DNA of 64,000 nucleotides from Macrostomum lignano (lineage: Eukaryota): the NCBI GenBank assembly GCA_002269645.1, contig NIVC01001914.1, forward strand, positions 124,001 to 188,000, in the 5' to 3' direction. The notes under the pieces are model-generated. The model saw only the letters and a list, made by a program, of their open reading frames with translations, was not told the DNA's origin and did no database searches. Numbering within the stretch: position 1 is the stretch's first letter; every line of letters begins with the position of its first letter. This document shows, piece by piece, positions 1 to 14,900 of the stretch. A program made the position numbers and the translations under genes.

Positions 1-1270
1 ATTGCCATCTACCTGTCATCTATCTATACCTAACTGCCATCTGTCTATCATCAATCTACCATCTAACTGCCATCTATCTGCCATCTATCTACCATCCATC
101 TATCTACCATCTAACTGCCATCTATATATCTACCAATTTTCTCGCATCTATCTGGAATCTATCTTCGTTTCTGGACACAATGTTGCACAAAGTTTTATTT
201 TCCTCGGATAAAAAACATCACATATCTCAATAACACAAAAGACTTGTTTGACAAAACCACCAGTGCAATATAGAGGTTTCTGCATCCGAATGCATGTGAC
301 AGATTAGTCTACCAACATCTGTATTTCTTTTATTACAAAAGTACGCAAGAGGAAGCTTATATTAATAATTACAATACCTTCGAAAAATGCAGCAAATTTT
401 TCTCTGTGTTTCGTAAAAAATTCTGACAAAAATTTGTACTTTTTGGAGAGTGAAAACGCTTTATGAAATATCGGATTTCTGAATGATTTATTGTTTTGCA
501 CAGCGCTGAATGAGGCTTGGCCATAGACAACTTCGTCTAGGGAACAATGGCTAAAGCAGCTCTCCTCTCTTTAATCTCCTCTCTTCTCTTTTCCTAGTTC
601 AAGTTTCCACTCCTCAATATCCGAGTTTTAACTTTCCTCCCCTGTTTTCCGAGCCAAAATGGCACAGAAAAATCAAAGACAGAATTAGCAATTGTTTTGG
701 CTTTCAATATCAGCTCGGCTCTCTCCTTGCCCATTTTAGGTCTTCTGGGATGATGAAGATGGAAGAAATTGACGCTAGCCTTGAATAATTAAAGCAATTT
801 GAACAGCGTATAGTATAGAGCAAAGGGAGAGTGAAGAGGGGCCAAGAAAATTAGTCCGATATTGAAGGAAACAAGCGGCTTTCTCTTCCGCAGCTGCTGC
901 TGCAGTTTGCGTTTGCTTCTGCTGACTTTTGGGAGGCGGCCGAGAAGGAGGGGCCACAAAGGGAAGTGAAAACTGCCAGCACGAAAGCCCAGTAAGACGT
1001 CGGGGCCTGTGTGTGTGTGACTCACGCCAGCCACTCTCTGGCCCTCCTTCTCTTCCCTCCTCTCTGCTGCAAGTGAGGCTGCTGCCTGTCTCCAATTTCA
1101 CCTTTGAAATCGCGCTTCTGCCGTCTCTCGCGGTGTCACTCGCTGGCTCTCGCACACGGGAAGACTCTGATCTGTGCTCTTGTTCAAAACAAACTGTTGG
1201 ACATTGAAGCCGGTGATGGATAGAAGCCAGAGGTCGCGACGCACGATTGACAGTACTGTATCTAGCTCGT

Positions 1271-2289
<1,019 letters not shown>

Positions 2290-3317
2290 ATCCGTCCTTC
2301 TTTTTTTCTATCTTTGTTTTACTTTTACTGTAGCGCACACTTGCAATCTCGAAGACAATATAAGAAATGGAAAAGCTCGGTACGTGAGCAAACACCTCTC
2401 AGAGCTGACATCCAGCCTGTCTATATAAACTGGATTCCCCAGACCCCCTGACTGTCTCATTGCTTTCCAACTTCACATTGGGGAATGCAAATAAAAAGTG
2501 CCAAGGCTTGCATTACAGAGGCCAGCTACCGCACCCACATAGGTATTTGTGCTAGTATTGACTTAGGACTCAAGGACTCCGGTGTATTCAGAAGGTTACA
2601 ATCCCAGACAGCACAGTGAGGTTAGAGACCCAACTCCAGTCTTAAAACTTACTAAAACTTTTTTGTCATTTATTATATATACTGTTTAATAGTGAGACTG
2701 CCGTGCAATGCAAGACAGTCGTCATATACGGAAGTGAAATGGAAAATTAATAAGTTTTCAAATGCAGTATTTTTTGTTCTCAATGAAGTTCCATGGTTTT
2801 GTTGGCTTTCTCGTTCCACGAAAGCACGCAATGAAGGAACTTGCCTCATTGACCTGTACCTCCATGTCTAACAACTTATATTCATTCAGTTTTTAGCTGA
2901 CTACAACAATTGGGCATGACAATACAGCATCGCAATCAGTGGGGAGAGACGAAGTTAGAAGAAATAATGAATTAGGAGCATGGTATGAAACAAGCAGAAG
3001 CAAGACAAGAAAAAAATAGAAAAAAACACTTGAGAACTAAGTGCCCCAAAACTTTTTCGCATACAGAGGGATGAGGCGGCTGGCCTAATTAGCCCGAAAG
3101 AGATGCCAAGAACAAGCCAAAAAGGAAACTGTAAAGCATAAGCAAATTCAAAGTTTTCTTTGCTGCTGTCAGTTTTTTAAATAAAAAAATTGGACACTAA
3201 GAATGTGATACATCTCCATTGACTTGTCAAAAAGGCTTGTAATACAGGTAATTAAACTGCATTATGGCTTTTTTAAGTAGCTTTGAGCATAGCCAAAATT
3301 CAAGAGGGATGCATCAC

Positions 3318-3650
3318 AGGAGAGGAGAGGAGAGGAGAGGAGAGGAGAGGAGAGGAGAGGAGAGGAGAGGAGAGGAGAGGAGAGGAGAGGAGAGGAGAGG
3401 AGAGGAGAGAGAGGAGAGGAGAGGAGAGGAGAGGAGAGGAGAGGAGTGGAGAGGAGAGGAGAGGAGAGGAGAGGAGAGGAGAGGAGAGGAAAGGAGTGGA
3501 GAGGAGAGAGGAGAGGAGAGGAGAGGAGAGGAGAGGAGAGGAGAGGAGAGGAGATGAGAGGAGAGGAGAGGAGAGGAGAGGAGAGGAGAGGAGAGAAGAG
3601 GAGAGGAAAGGAGAGGAGAGGAGAGAGAGGAGAGAGGGGAGAGGAGAGGA
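3318..3650. repeat. (GAGAG)n pentamer array
   Basis: Direct reading. Confidence 0.97.
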
Positions 3651-4320
3651 AAGCAAAAACTCAGATATGAGGACAGAAGAGAAGAGCAAAGTGCACCACG
3701 CACCAGCACGACAGGCAGGTAACATCGTCGACAGTTTCCCACATGCATTCACAGCCTATAAGGTTTTGTTCGTGATCTGCTTTCCCCGCCTTTTGCTGCA
3801 GTGTTTAGCATCGGCAGTTTATTTAGCCAGGGCCTCACGCAGACACAGGCAGCCGTGGTTGCAGTCCCTGAACTCCAACGCAGTTGGCCAACAAAAGCTT
3901 CAGTGCCTGCCGCATGGTTTCCAAGTTTGCTTGTTAAAGCCCAAACATCCTCATTGGCACAGGAAGAACTTTGAGCACAGCCCGCATCGCTTTAAAGGCG
4001 ATTGGGTTGCTGAATAAAGTTTTTTTTCAAATAACCGACGGGAGAATTTTGCATTTTTTTGCTTGCTCAAAGCTACTCAAAATAGCTATAATACAGTTTA
4101 ATTACCTGTGTTACAGGCCTCTTTTGCAAGTCACTGAAGCGGTATCATTTTCTTAGTGGTCTGTTTTTATTTTTAAAAACCGACAACAGCAAAGAAATTT
4201 TCGAATTTTCTTTTGCTTCGCTTGCTCTGCAGTTTCCTTTTTTGACTTTCGTTGCATCTTTGTGGGCTAATTTAGCTTTGCCCTTCTCTCTCTCTACCCA
4301 TATGAGTGTCATATTTTATT

Positions 4321-7078
4321 TCCTCTCCTCTCCTCTCCTCTCCTCTCCTCTCCTCTCCTCTCCTCTCGTCTCCTCTCCTCTCCTTTCCTCTCCTCTCCTC
4401 TCGTCTCCTCTCCTCTCGTATCCTCTCCTCTCGTCTCCTCTCCTCTCCTCTCCTCTCCTCTCCTCTCGTCTCCTCTCCTCTCCTCTCCTCTCCTCTCCTC
4501 TCGTCTCCTCTCCTCTCCTTTCCTCTCCTCTTCTCTCCTCTCCTCTCCTCTCCTCTCCTCTCTCCTCTTCTCTCCTCTCCTCTCCTCTCCTCTCCTCTTC
4601 TCTCCTCTCCTCTCCTCTCCTCTCGTCTCCTCTCCTCTCCTTTCCTCTCCTCTCCTCTCCTCTCCTCTCCTCTCCTCTTCTCTTCTTCCTCTCCCTCTCC
4701 TCTCCTCTCTCCTTTCTCCCTCCTCTCTCTCCTCTCCTCTCCTCTCTCCTCTTCTCCTCTCCTCTCCTCTCCTCTCCTCTCCTCTCCTCTCCTCTCTCTC
4801 TCCTCTCCTCTCCTCCTCCTCTCTCCTCTCTCCTCCTCTCGCTCTCCTCCCTCTTCTCTCCTCTCCTCTCCCTTCTCCTCTCCTCTTCCTCTCCTTCCTT
4901 CCTCTTCTCTCCTCTCTCTCCTCTCCTCTCCTCTCTCTTCTCTTCTCTCCTCTCTCTCCTCTCCTCTTCTCTTCTCTCCTCTCCTCTCCTCTCCTCTCGT
5001 CTCCGTCATCGTCTTCTCCTCTCCTCTTCTTCTCTTCTCTCTCCTCTCCTCTCCTCTCTCTTCTTCTCTCTTCCTCTCCTCTCTCCTCTTCTCTCCTCTC
5101 CTCTCTCCCCTCTCCTCTCCTCTCCTCTCCTCTCCTCTCCTCTCTCCTCTCCTCTCCTCTCCTCTCATCCTCTCTCCTCTCCTCTCCTCTCCCTCTCCTC
5201 TTCCTCTCCTCTCCTCTCCTCTCCTCTCCTCTTCTGCTTCTCTCCTCTCCTCTCCTCTCCTCTCTCCCTCTCCTCTCCTCTCCTCTCCTCTCTCCTCTCC
5301 TCTTCCTCTCTCTCTCCTCTCCTCTCCTCTCCTCTCCTCTCCTCTCTCCTCTCCCTCTCCTCTCCTCTCCTCTCCTCTTCTCTTCTCTCTCTCCTCTCCT
5401 CTCCTCTCCTCTCTCCTCTTCTCTCCTCTCCTCTCTCTCTCTCTCTTCTTCCCTCCTCTCCTCTCCTCTTCTCTTCTCTTCTCTCCTCTCCCTCCTCCTT
5501 TCCTCTCCTCTCCTCTCCTCTCCTCTCCTCTCTCCTCTCCTCTCCTCTCCTCTCCTCTCCTCTCCTCTCTCCTCTCCTCTCCCTCTTCTCTTCTCTCCTC
5601 TTCTCTTCTCTCCTCCTCTTCTCTTCTCTCCTCTCCTCTCCTCTCCTCTCTTCTCCTCTCCTCTCCTCTCCCTCTCCTCTTCTCTTCTCTCCTCTCCTCT
5701 CCTCTTCTCTTCTCTCCTCTCCTCTCCTCTCCTCTCCTCTCCTCTCCTCTCCTCTTCTCTTTCTCCTCTCCTCTCCTCTCCTCCCCTCCTCTCCTCTCCC
5801 CTCCTCTCCCTTCTCTTATCTCCCTCCTCTCCTCTCCTCTCTCCTCCCTCTCCTCTCCTCTCCTCTCCTCTCCTCTCCTCTCTCTCCTCTCCTCTTCTTC
5901 TCCTCTCTTCTCCTCTCTCTCCTCTTCTCTCTCTCTTCTCCTGTGTCCTCTCTCCTCTCCTCTCTCTCCTTCTCTCCTCTCCTCTCCTCTCTCCTCTCTC
6001 TCCTCTCCTCCCTCTCCTCTTCTCTTCTCTCCTCTCCTCTCTCTCCTCTCCCTCTCTCTCCTCTCCTCTCCTCTTCTCTTCTCCTCCTCTTCTCTTCTCT
6101 CCTCTTCTCTTCTCTCCCTCCCTCCTCTCCCTCTCCTCTCCTTCCTCTCCTCTCCTCTTCTCTTCTCTCCTCTCCTCCTCCCTCTTCTCTCTCCTCTCCT
6201 CTCCTCTTCTCTTCTCTCCTCTCTCTCCTCTCCCTCCTCTCCTCTCCTCTCTCTTCTCTTCTCTCCTCTCCTCCTCTCCTCTCCTCTCCTCTCCTCTCCT
6301 CCCTCCCTCTCCTCTTCTCTTCTCTCCTCTCCTCTCTCCCTCCTCCTCTCCTCTCCTCTCCTCCTCTTCTCTCCTCTCTTCTCCTGTGTCTCCTCTCCTC
6401 TCCTCTCTCCTCTTCTCTCTCTCCCTCTCCTCTCTCCTCTTCTCTCCTCTCCTCTCCTCTCCTCTCCTCTCCTCTCTCCTCTCCTCTCCTCTTCTCTTCT
6501 CTCCTCTTCTCTTCTCTCCTCTTCTCTTCTCTCCTCTCCTCTCCTCTCCTCTCCTCTCCTCTCTCCTCTCCTCTTCTCTTCTCTCCTCTCCTCTCCTCTC
6601 CTCTTCTCTCCTCTCCTCTCCTCTCCTCTTCTCTTCTCTCCTCTCCTCTCCTCTCCTCTCCTCTCCTCTCCTCTCCTCTTCTCTTCTCTCCTCTCCTCTC
6701 CTCTCCTCTCCTCTCCTCTCCTCTCCTCTCCTCTCCTCTCCTCTTCTCTTCTCTCCTCTCCTCTCCTCTCCTCTCCTCTCCTCTCCTCTCCTCTCCTCTC
6801 CTCTCCTCTCCTCTTCTCTCCTCTCCTCTTCTCTCCTCTCTTCTCCTCTCCTCTCCTCTTCTCTCCTCTCTTCTCCTGTGTCCTCCTCTCCTCTCATCTC
6901 CTCTCCTCTCCTCTCCTCTCCTCTCCTCTCCTCTCCTCTCCTCTCCTCTCCTCTCCTCTCCTCTCCTCTCCTCTCCTCTCCTCTCCTCTCCTCTCCTCTC
7001 CTCTCCTCTTCTCTCTCTCTTCTCCTGTGTCCTCCTCTCCTCTCATCTCATTTTTCTCCTTTCCTCTTTTCTCCTCTC
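4321..7078. repeat. (CTCCT)n pentamer array, 2.7 kb
   Basis: Direct reading; reverse complement of the 3318-3650 array. Confidence 0.97.
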
Positions 7079-8784
7079 CCATGCCAACCCTCAACCTCTC
7101 TATACTAGCCTCCTTATCAAATTGAAAGCAATGGCGGGCACTCAGCCGCTCACAGGGAGCACGCGCAGCACATTCGATCAGGACCAGCCTCCACTTCAAG
7201 CTGCATCGGTACTTAGTTCTTTTCAATCTTATTTTTTACCCCTGTTCTCACTTCTCTCTCTCTCCCTCTCTCCCTCTCTCTCTCTCGTGCTCCATTCTTA
7301 GTAACAGCAATTGAGCTTTAGCGAGCTTGACTTAAAAGCCAAAATTATATAATTTTATTTTCACGCGCCGTTGGTTACAGTGTTAGGCCTCAAATTTTAT
7401 TATACGTAGGCAGGAGTCCAACTTCTTTTTTAAGAACTTCGCCACTTTTTCGCTCTCTCCAGTCTCTCTCTCTCTCTTATCTTCAAGAGGCCAGTCTTGT
7501 TCCGGGTATGTTGCGAAAGAGGCTGTTATGTCTGCTTCACTGCGCCGCGTTAACAGGGGATAACAGAGAGTTAACTTCCCCTTTTTGGCTTCGGATAGAA
7601 CCCAACCTATACGCGAGTAGGTCTCAGTGTTGAGTACAGTAAGCTCCGATATAATGTACACGTAATTGGATGAAAGCATGTTAGGTAGAGCCGAGAAATT
7701 CACGGTCAATATCGGATCTATACCCGTATGTGTATAGATCTGCTGTCTGCAACCTGCAGTGTTGCTGAGTTTTAATTAACCCATGAGAGGGAAGGAAGGA
7801 GAAGACAGCGGAGTACAGCATCCCGCCTTGTCTCATTGATTCTAAAAAAAATTTTGAACTGTATTTTTCCTAACTTCGAATGCCGCGTTTAATTTCTAGA
7901 AATGTTAAAATACCACTGTATGAAAGTGTGAGACTGTGCCATGGGATCTCTGCGCCATAAACTCCGATATCTTCTCTCCGCGCTACTCATCTCCAGCTCT
8001 TCACTCTCTTTTCTCGGTCCCAGTAGCCCCTTATTTATCCACTCTTATCTTATCTCTTCGCTCAGATCTTGTCTCTCTAACTCTTATCTTATCTCTCCGT
8101 TCTTATCTTACCTCTACAAACTCTTATCTTATCTCTCCGTTCTTATCTTATCTCTCCGTTCTTATCTCATTTCTCTACTCTTCTCTCCCTATATCGCCCA
8201 TTCCCCTCATATCGCCCCTTCCTTTCAAAAGGCCTCACCTGACAGTCTGACGCATCTGCCCCCTAAACACCAGAGTTTTGCAACGGCAAAAGTTCGAAAC
8301 ACAGAGATAAGGCAACTACGGACCATTCGACTTCATGGTAATCTCATCAAACTCTGAAGGCAGCGATACACCTCGCTTCAGAAACCATGCACACCGCTTT
8401 GAAAAATTCCCTTTCTTAGAATTTAAACCATCCTTTGGGCTACGGCAACTGGCCCGTGTTGCACAGACTAAGGATAATTAGTCTCAAGTGTTGCATCGAC
8501 CTTGGCTGCAAACCTTGGCAAGGGAAACGGCCATATGTAAAATGCACTGTAGGCGCAAGCGACTGCTGACTGCTTCTAAAAGCTGATGAAGCAGCAATTA
8601 TTGATAATGACTATGGAGCTGCATGCTGTAGCTATCCAGTTTGGGTTCCGAACTGAGCGGAGCGAGGGAATTTATTACCCAATCTAATTATCGGCATTTC
8701 GGCCGGTTACGTCAGCGACTTCTTCTGTCTTAGCATAGAGGCCTCGTGTATACCTTGTCTGCTGTTCGTCTCTTCCCTTCTGTT

Positions 8785-9500
8785 CCCCTCTGCACTCTCC
8801 CCTCTCCATTCTCCCCACTCCTCTCTCCATTCTCCCCATTCCTCTCTCCCTTCTCCCCAATCCCCTCTCCATTCTCCCCACTCCTCTCTCCATTCTCCCC
8901 ATTCCTCTCTCCCTTCTCCCCAATCCCCTCTCCATTCTCCTCACTCCTCTCTCCCCTCTCCCAAATCCCCTCTCCATTCTCCCCACTACTCTCTCCATTC
9001 TCCCAAATTCCTCTCTCCATTCTCCCCAATCCCCTCTCCATTCTCCCCACTCCTCTCTCCATTCTCCCCATTCCTCTCTCCCTTCTCCCCAATCCCCTCT
9101 CCATTCTCCCCACTCCTCTCTCCATTCTCCCCACTCCTCTCTCCCCTCTCCCCACTACTCTCTCCCCTCGCCCCACTCCCTCTCATCTCTCCTCTCTCCT
9201 CTCTCTTCTCTCCTCCTCTCTCCTCTCTTATCTCTCCTCTCTCCTCTATTATCTCTCCTATCTTCTCTGTCCTCTTTCCTCTACTCTCTCTCTCCTCTCC
9301 ACTCTCCACTCCTCTCTAATCTCTCCTCCTCTCTCTCTGATCTTCTCTCCCCTCTCCTCTCTCTCCTCTCCCCCTCTCTCCTCCTCTCCCCTCCTCTCTT
9401 CCCTCTTTCCTCTCTCATCTTCTCTTTTCCTCTCTCCTTTCTCCTTCTCTCTCTCCTCTCTCCTCTCCCCTCTCTCTCCTCTCTCCTCTCTACTCTCACC
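8785..9500. repeat. 21-bp CT-rich minisatellite with 63-bp higher order, then degenerate CT tract
   Basis: CTCCCCACTCCTCTCTCCATT units. Confidence 0.9.
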
Positions 9501-10129
9501 CATTCCATCTTTTTAAAACGGTTATTTCTGCAGTGCGGCGGCAAGCATGAAAGAAAAAATCTTTTCTTTTCACATACTAAACAAAGACCTACAAAGTAGA
9601 CTAAGATCTATAGGTTTGCTAAGAACGAAAACTCTCTAGAGAATCAGGATAAAGAAGGGCGGGATAGCAGTGAATATAAACCAAACTGCACACTCTCGCA
9701 AACCCAAACCGGCCTTCTGTGCCAAGACAAACATTTATTTTCTCTATGAGGACGATTCAAGCTCCACAGGCCTGGGGGGTGGGGGTCAAAAAACATGAGT
9801 TGTATCGCATTTTCCTCTCTTGGGAAATTAGTCCCACTGCCTCCACAGGACTAGACTGGCACCTTGGATTAATTATTTTACTCTGTCCTAATTTGCGCAA
9901 CTGTACTTTGGCCCCCAAGCAGATCAGCAATTAGTGTTAGACTGACCCCAGTCTCAGCAGGCATTCCATTCTATCGAAAACTTTTCGGAATCTGCCCACC
10001 AACACCAGTTGGCTAAAGGTTGCTAAGCTAACTGGTCTCGAAAATTCAAAGATGAAAATGAAGCCAAATTCCCAGCAGGTAGTAAAAATTTGGGGAGAAA
10101 AGGCAGAGAGACAGGAAAGATGGAATAGC

Positions 10130-10698
10130 CAGTCAGTCAGTCAGTCAGTCAGTCAGTCAGTCAGTCAGTCAGTCAGTCAGTCAGTCAGCCAGTCAGTCAG
10201 TCAGTCAGTCAGTCAGTCAGTCAGTCAGTCAGTCAGTCAGTCAGTCAGTCAGTCAGTCAGTCAGTCAGTCAGTCAGTCAGTCAGTCAGTCAGCCAGTCAG
10301 TCAGTCAGTCAGTCAGTCAGTCAGTCAGTCAGTCAGTCAGTCAGTCAGTCAGTCAGTCAGTCAGTCAGTCAGTCAGTCAGTCAGTCAGTCAGTCAGTCAG
10401 TCAGTCAGTCAGTCAGTCAGTCAGTCAGTCAGTCAGTCAGTCAGTCAGTCAGTCAGTCAGTCAGTCAGTCAGTCAGTCAGTCAGTCAGTCAGTCAGTCAG
10501 TCAGTCAGTCAGTCAGTCAGTCAGTCAGTCAGTCAGTCAGTCAGTCAGTCAGTCAGTCAGTCAGTCAGTCAGTCAGTCAGTCAGTCAGTCAGTCAGTCAG
10601 TCAGTCAGTCAGTCAGTCAGTCAGTCAGTCAGTCAGTCAGTCAGTCAGTCAGTCAGCCAGTCAGTCAGTCAGTCAGTCAGCCAGTCAGTCAGTCAGTC
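10130..10698. repeat. (CAGT)n microsatellite
   Basis: Direct reading. Confidence 0.98.
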
Positions 10699-11581
10699 AC
10701 TCCAGGCTGAGGTTCAAATCTCCCTGGCAAGGCAAGGCTTTCTGCCTGGAATTTTACAACATCGCGTGCCAACAAAGTCTGCCTCATCGCACTCAGGCGC
10801 CCCTTGGCTCCTCCTCCTCCCGGTTTTCGGCACTGAAAGTGAGGAAGCAATCCCGGTAATGACTCGAGCCCACGACAAGAAACCCGCGATCCACGGACAG
10901 TTTAGTAAAACAAAGCTCGCCAGCTATACAAGAGAGAAAAAAGCCGAAAAATCTTTCCAAACATCGTCATGCTGCATGGCACACTGTTTGCCCGCAGTCC
11001 AACCCTCCCGTGCTGTACATCCGACACTTCCTTCCTCGCCCGAGCTCCGCGTGTGTTTTCTGCCTTGTCCAGACGCAATAAGCGAAATTGAAATTGGCAA
11101 AATTTAAAGTAGCCGGTCTTTACTTTGCTGTCCCTACCCCCGAGTCTAAAAAGAGATTGGGGATTGCTTTTATGCGTTTGCTGCTTTGTGAGTGTGACAC
11201 CTTTCAGCGGAAGGAATAACCATAAACACGTGGTTGCGTTGTTGCTGGTCATAAAAAGACAGGTAAATAGAGGTCATGGAGAGGTCAAGTAATAGAGGTC
11301 TTAGACAGGTAATAAAATAGAGGTCATTAGACATATCACAGAATAGAGGTCATAAATAGGCCAGAATAGAGGTCATAGAAGGCTAAGTAATAGGGGTCAT
11401 GGGCAGGTCATGTACATGTAATAGAGATCAGGTAGCTGATTTTGACAGGTGATCTCAGTCGTACAGTCATACTCAGGCAGGTAATTTGACAGCCATGATA
11501 TCGAAGCTATTCCGAAATTTAAATACTAACCTCTCAAAATAAGGATTTCTTTGGTTAAGCATCAACTTTATGAAATTGCAG

Positions 11582-11941
11582 GCTCAGCATCGGCGGAAGT
11601 TGCCGCTCTGACGCTACGAATGAGCGCCGGTCCTCAAACCGACATTCAACCAGGAGGTCGAGTTGACATCAGCTGCGCTTTCGACCCTCCGGCCACTTAC
11701 ATATTCTGGCGGTTCTCGTCTAACAACGGCGTCACCTGGAACAAACTGGCTCTGTGCCACGCCGATTCCGGCAAGTGCAGCCTGCAGGAGCAGTTCAAGA
11801 ACTGGACAGACAGGCTGGCCACCCGAGTTAATGGCAGTCTGACTCTGTGGAACGCCAGCAAAGAGCAGGATGGCGTCTACGAGTGCGAAGGCATTCGGAA
11901 TACTGATGCGGCTAAGGATAACCGCAGCATCACCATTGTCA
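11582..11941 (+). CDS. ed: ed-like exon: Ig domain 1 (V-type)
   Basis: ttgcag|gctcag acceptor, a|gtgagt donor, phase 1-1; [18 protein letters not shown]; TACTAAC branch-like motif at 11524-11530. Confidence 0.85.
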
Positions 11942-14900
11942 GTGAGTTATCCTAGCGCAATGTCCTTTTTTATCCGTTATTTAATACCAATTATACAGGT
12001 AGAAAGGCAGTTACTAAAGCTTGATGCTTCCGTAAAATTTAATAAAATTCAAATTCGCGCCAAAGCAAAATTTGAACAATATTAAAATATCACTTTAACA
12101 GACTGAAACCTTCCCGGTGTTAAAAGGTTGTTTAAAAATGGCACGAATTTTAATTGATTTTTCATACACTGTACGGTAGGGACACTGAGGAATGTACGCT
12201 GAACAGAACTTGATCGGAGCGAGGTTGGCTTGTCCGCTTCAATACGAATGTACATTCGGGTAGAGAAGAAAGGGGGAAATCCAAATCGTGCATCGAATTG
12301 GGGGGGGGGGGTTGTAGGAGAGATTTTTTGCGTACACCGGTTTTGACTAGAGAGAAAAGAGTGTACATACAATCGCAGATTTTTTTATTTGAGGTTAGCT
12401 AACAATAAATAGACCGCTTTTATCAGACTGCACAGGTGTACATACGATAGCCTAAAAGTATATTGACTAGCCCGTGTTTGTTTATCTTGTTACTAAGCTA
12501 AAAAAAACATTGAAAGAACGCAAGGAACCTGGAGCTTTCCGCAGCTTAGTGCACCCACTCGCCCTAAGGCAAGAGCCTGTCTACCTATGCCCACCTACGC
12601 AATCAGTTCAATAAGTGGTCACCCAGCAGAGCAGGGCCGAGTCCTTAGAATCTCTCTACTTCTATAGACACAGGTGTTAAGCACATGGCTGCTGATACCA
12701 ATCACTGTGCGAGGGCTTCATCTCTTTGCAAGGGGGGGGGGGCATGACACGATGAGCGAACAACAGCCAACGCAGTCTGTTGACGGCTGAAGCCTTCTAA
12801 AAGCAAAGCAAAATTGGAGAGATTGAAATCTGATGCACTTGCTTGCCTATAATTAAGTAATTTAGAAAATTAAAGACAAAGTGGAATCTTTTCGCTGCGT
12901 GCGAGACCTGTTTCGCTGTTAAGAATTGGCTGGCTTCCACTAAAAGGAGTTGATTATAGGTTTCTGGTGAATCATTTTTCTGCTACAAATTGAAATTGTT
13001 GCTCAAAGCGCAGGCAAAACTAGATAAGAGAAATTCCCCCCCCCCCACTTTCATTGTTTTGAGTTGAGCTGAGCTTGCATGCTTGACGTGACGCAAATTT
13101 CTATGCTCTCATAATTGTTTCCTGCCAAGCTTGGTCTCAAGTCATGCATGATGCTTAGTGGAACCTGAGCACTGTGGGGGAATCCGCAGAAATGTCCAAA
13201 GAGACTGAGCTGGGGCTTGGGCTCGATGCAGTGGAAAACGTTCAGCTGCTAAGTGAGACTGATTGAGATTAAAAATATCACAATAGGAGTATTGTGGCTG
13301 GGAGGTTTTGTGAAAGTGAGAGACAGAAAGTGACAGACAGAAAGTGAGAGATAGAAAGTGAGCGATAGAAAGTGAGAGATAGAAAGTGAGAGATAGAAAG
13401 TGAGCGATAGAAAGTGAGAGATAGAAAGTGAGCGATAGAAAGTGAGAGATAGAAAGTGAGAGATAGAAAGTGAGCGATAGAAAGTGAGAGATAGAAAGTG
13501 AGAGATAGAAAGTGAGCGATAGAAAGCGTCAGATAGAAAGTGAGAGATACACAGTGACAGATATGTGAACAATACATATTGTATTGTTCACATATACAAT
13601 GTGTATTGTTATCTGTAGTATCTTCTGTAGTGTCAGACAGAAAATTTCAGATTGAAAGTGAGAGATAGAAAGTGAGAGATAGAAAGTGACAGATAGAAAG
13701 TGACAGATAGAAAGTGTCAGACAGAAAATGTCAGATAGAAAGTGACAGATAGAAAGTGACAGATAGAAAGTGACAGATAGAAAGTGAGAGATAGAAAGTG
13801 AGAGATAGAAAGTGAGAGATAGAAAGTGTCAGATAGAAAGTGACAGACAGAAAGTGTCAGATAGAAAGTGACAGATAGAAAGTGTCAGATAGAAAGTGAC
13901 AGATAGAAAGTGACAGATAGAAAGTGTCAGATAGAAAGTGACAGATAGAAAGTGAGAGATAGAAAGTGAGAGACAGAAAGTGACAGATAGAAAGTGTCAG
14001 ATAGAAAGTGTCAGATAGAAAGTGAGAGATAGAAAGTGAGAGACAGAAAGTGACCGATAGAAAGTGACAGATAGAATTCGAGATAAAAAGCGAGAACTCC
14101 CAAGGTAATAAACAAAACAGCTGAAGAGATTTGAAGACAAGAGAGGGAATAAATCTCACAGCTACAGAATAACATACGCAATCAACTCGCGTCCATATGC
14201 GGCAATAAATCATTTCTGACTGCAGATGCGATAATTATCAGAAACTGCCTCCCACAAGAGAAGCGCAAGTTTCTGTGCACCAACTCGACTAAAAGACAGA
14301 TGGAGAGGGGCGACCACCCCTGTTCAAGATGCACAATGTTTTCTATGCATTAAATTTCTCTTACAAGCTCTGTCTCTTTCTGGTTGTCAATGTTGCTTAT
14401 TATTTTTTTAGTTGCTTGTGGGTGGTCACAGAGGCGGCGCGGAAGGCTTGGCTTGTTGAGCACGAATAAGAAGGCTTAAGAGGCTTGTATAAGCATAAGA
14501 GCAGTAAGCTCGGTAGTTGTCAATCTCTGGGAAACTTTGAGAAGCTTATGAGAATACAGGTCTAAGGGCAATTACAATAGGTATTAAGTAAAGCCCTGGT
14601 AACTACTTATATTATCCAGTAGTTATCATAAAATTAATTTATTAGATGTGCCAGACAATTGAAAAGTGACAGAATGGTCATTATGATTGGTTCACTTAGT
14701 GCACAGACTGTTACAAGTTGCACTAAAACAGTTTGCTAATGTTTGAATGCACTCTGCTGCTTGTGCAAATGTGAGTTTAGGGTTAAATGTTTCGTATATA
14801 TGAAACAGAATGCGAGTGTGGTTGAGGAGAGACAGGTACGGAAGAGGAGTGACAAGGAGGAGTGAGGAGTGACAAGGAGTAGTGAGGAGGGACAAGGAGG

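Noticed and set aside
547-597. MAKAALLSLISSLLFS, a signal-peptide-like mini ORF
   Set aside because: Ends in TAG with no phase-compatible donor; hydrophobicity comes from a CT-rich tract
775-1250. GC-rich patch with ORFs on both strands
   Set aside because: No domain similarity or consistent splice path; may be promoter or UTR but cannot be supported
7131-7208. ATG exon MAGTQPLTG..QAAS as the first ed coding exon
   Set aside because: Donor GTACTT is weak and the product is not signal-like; unsupported
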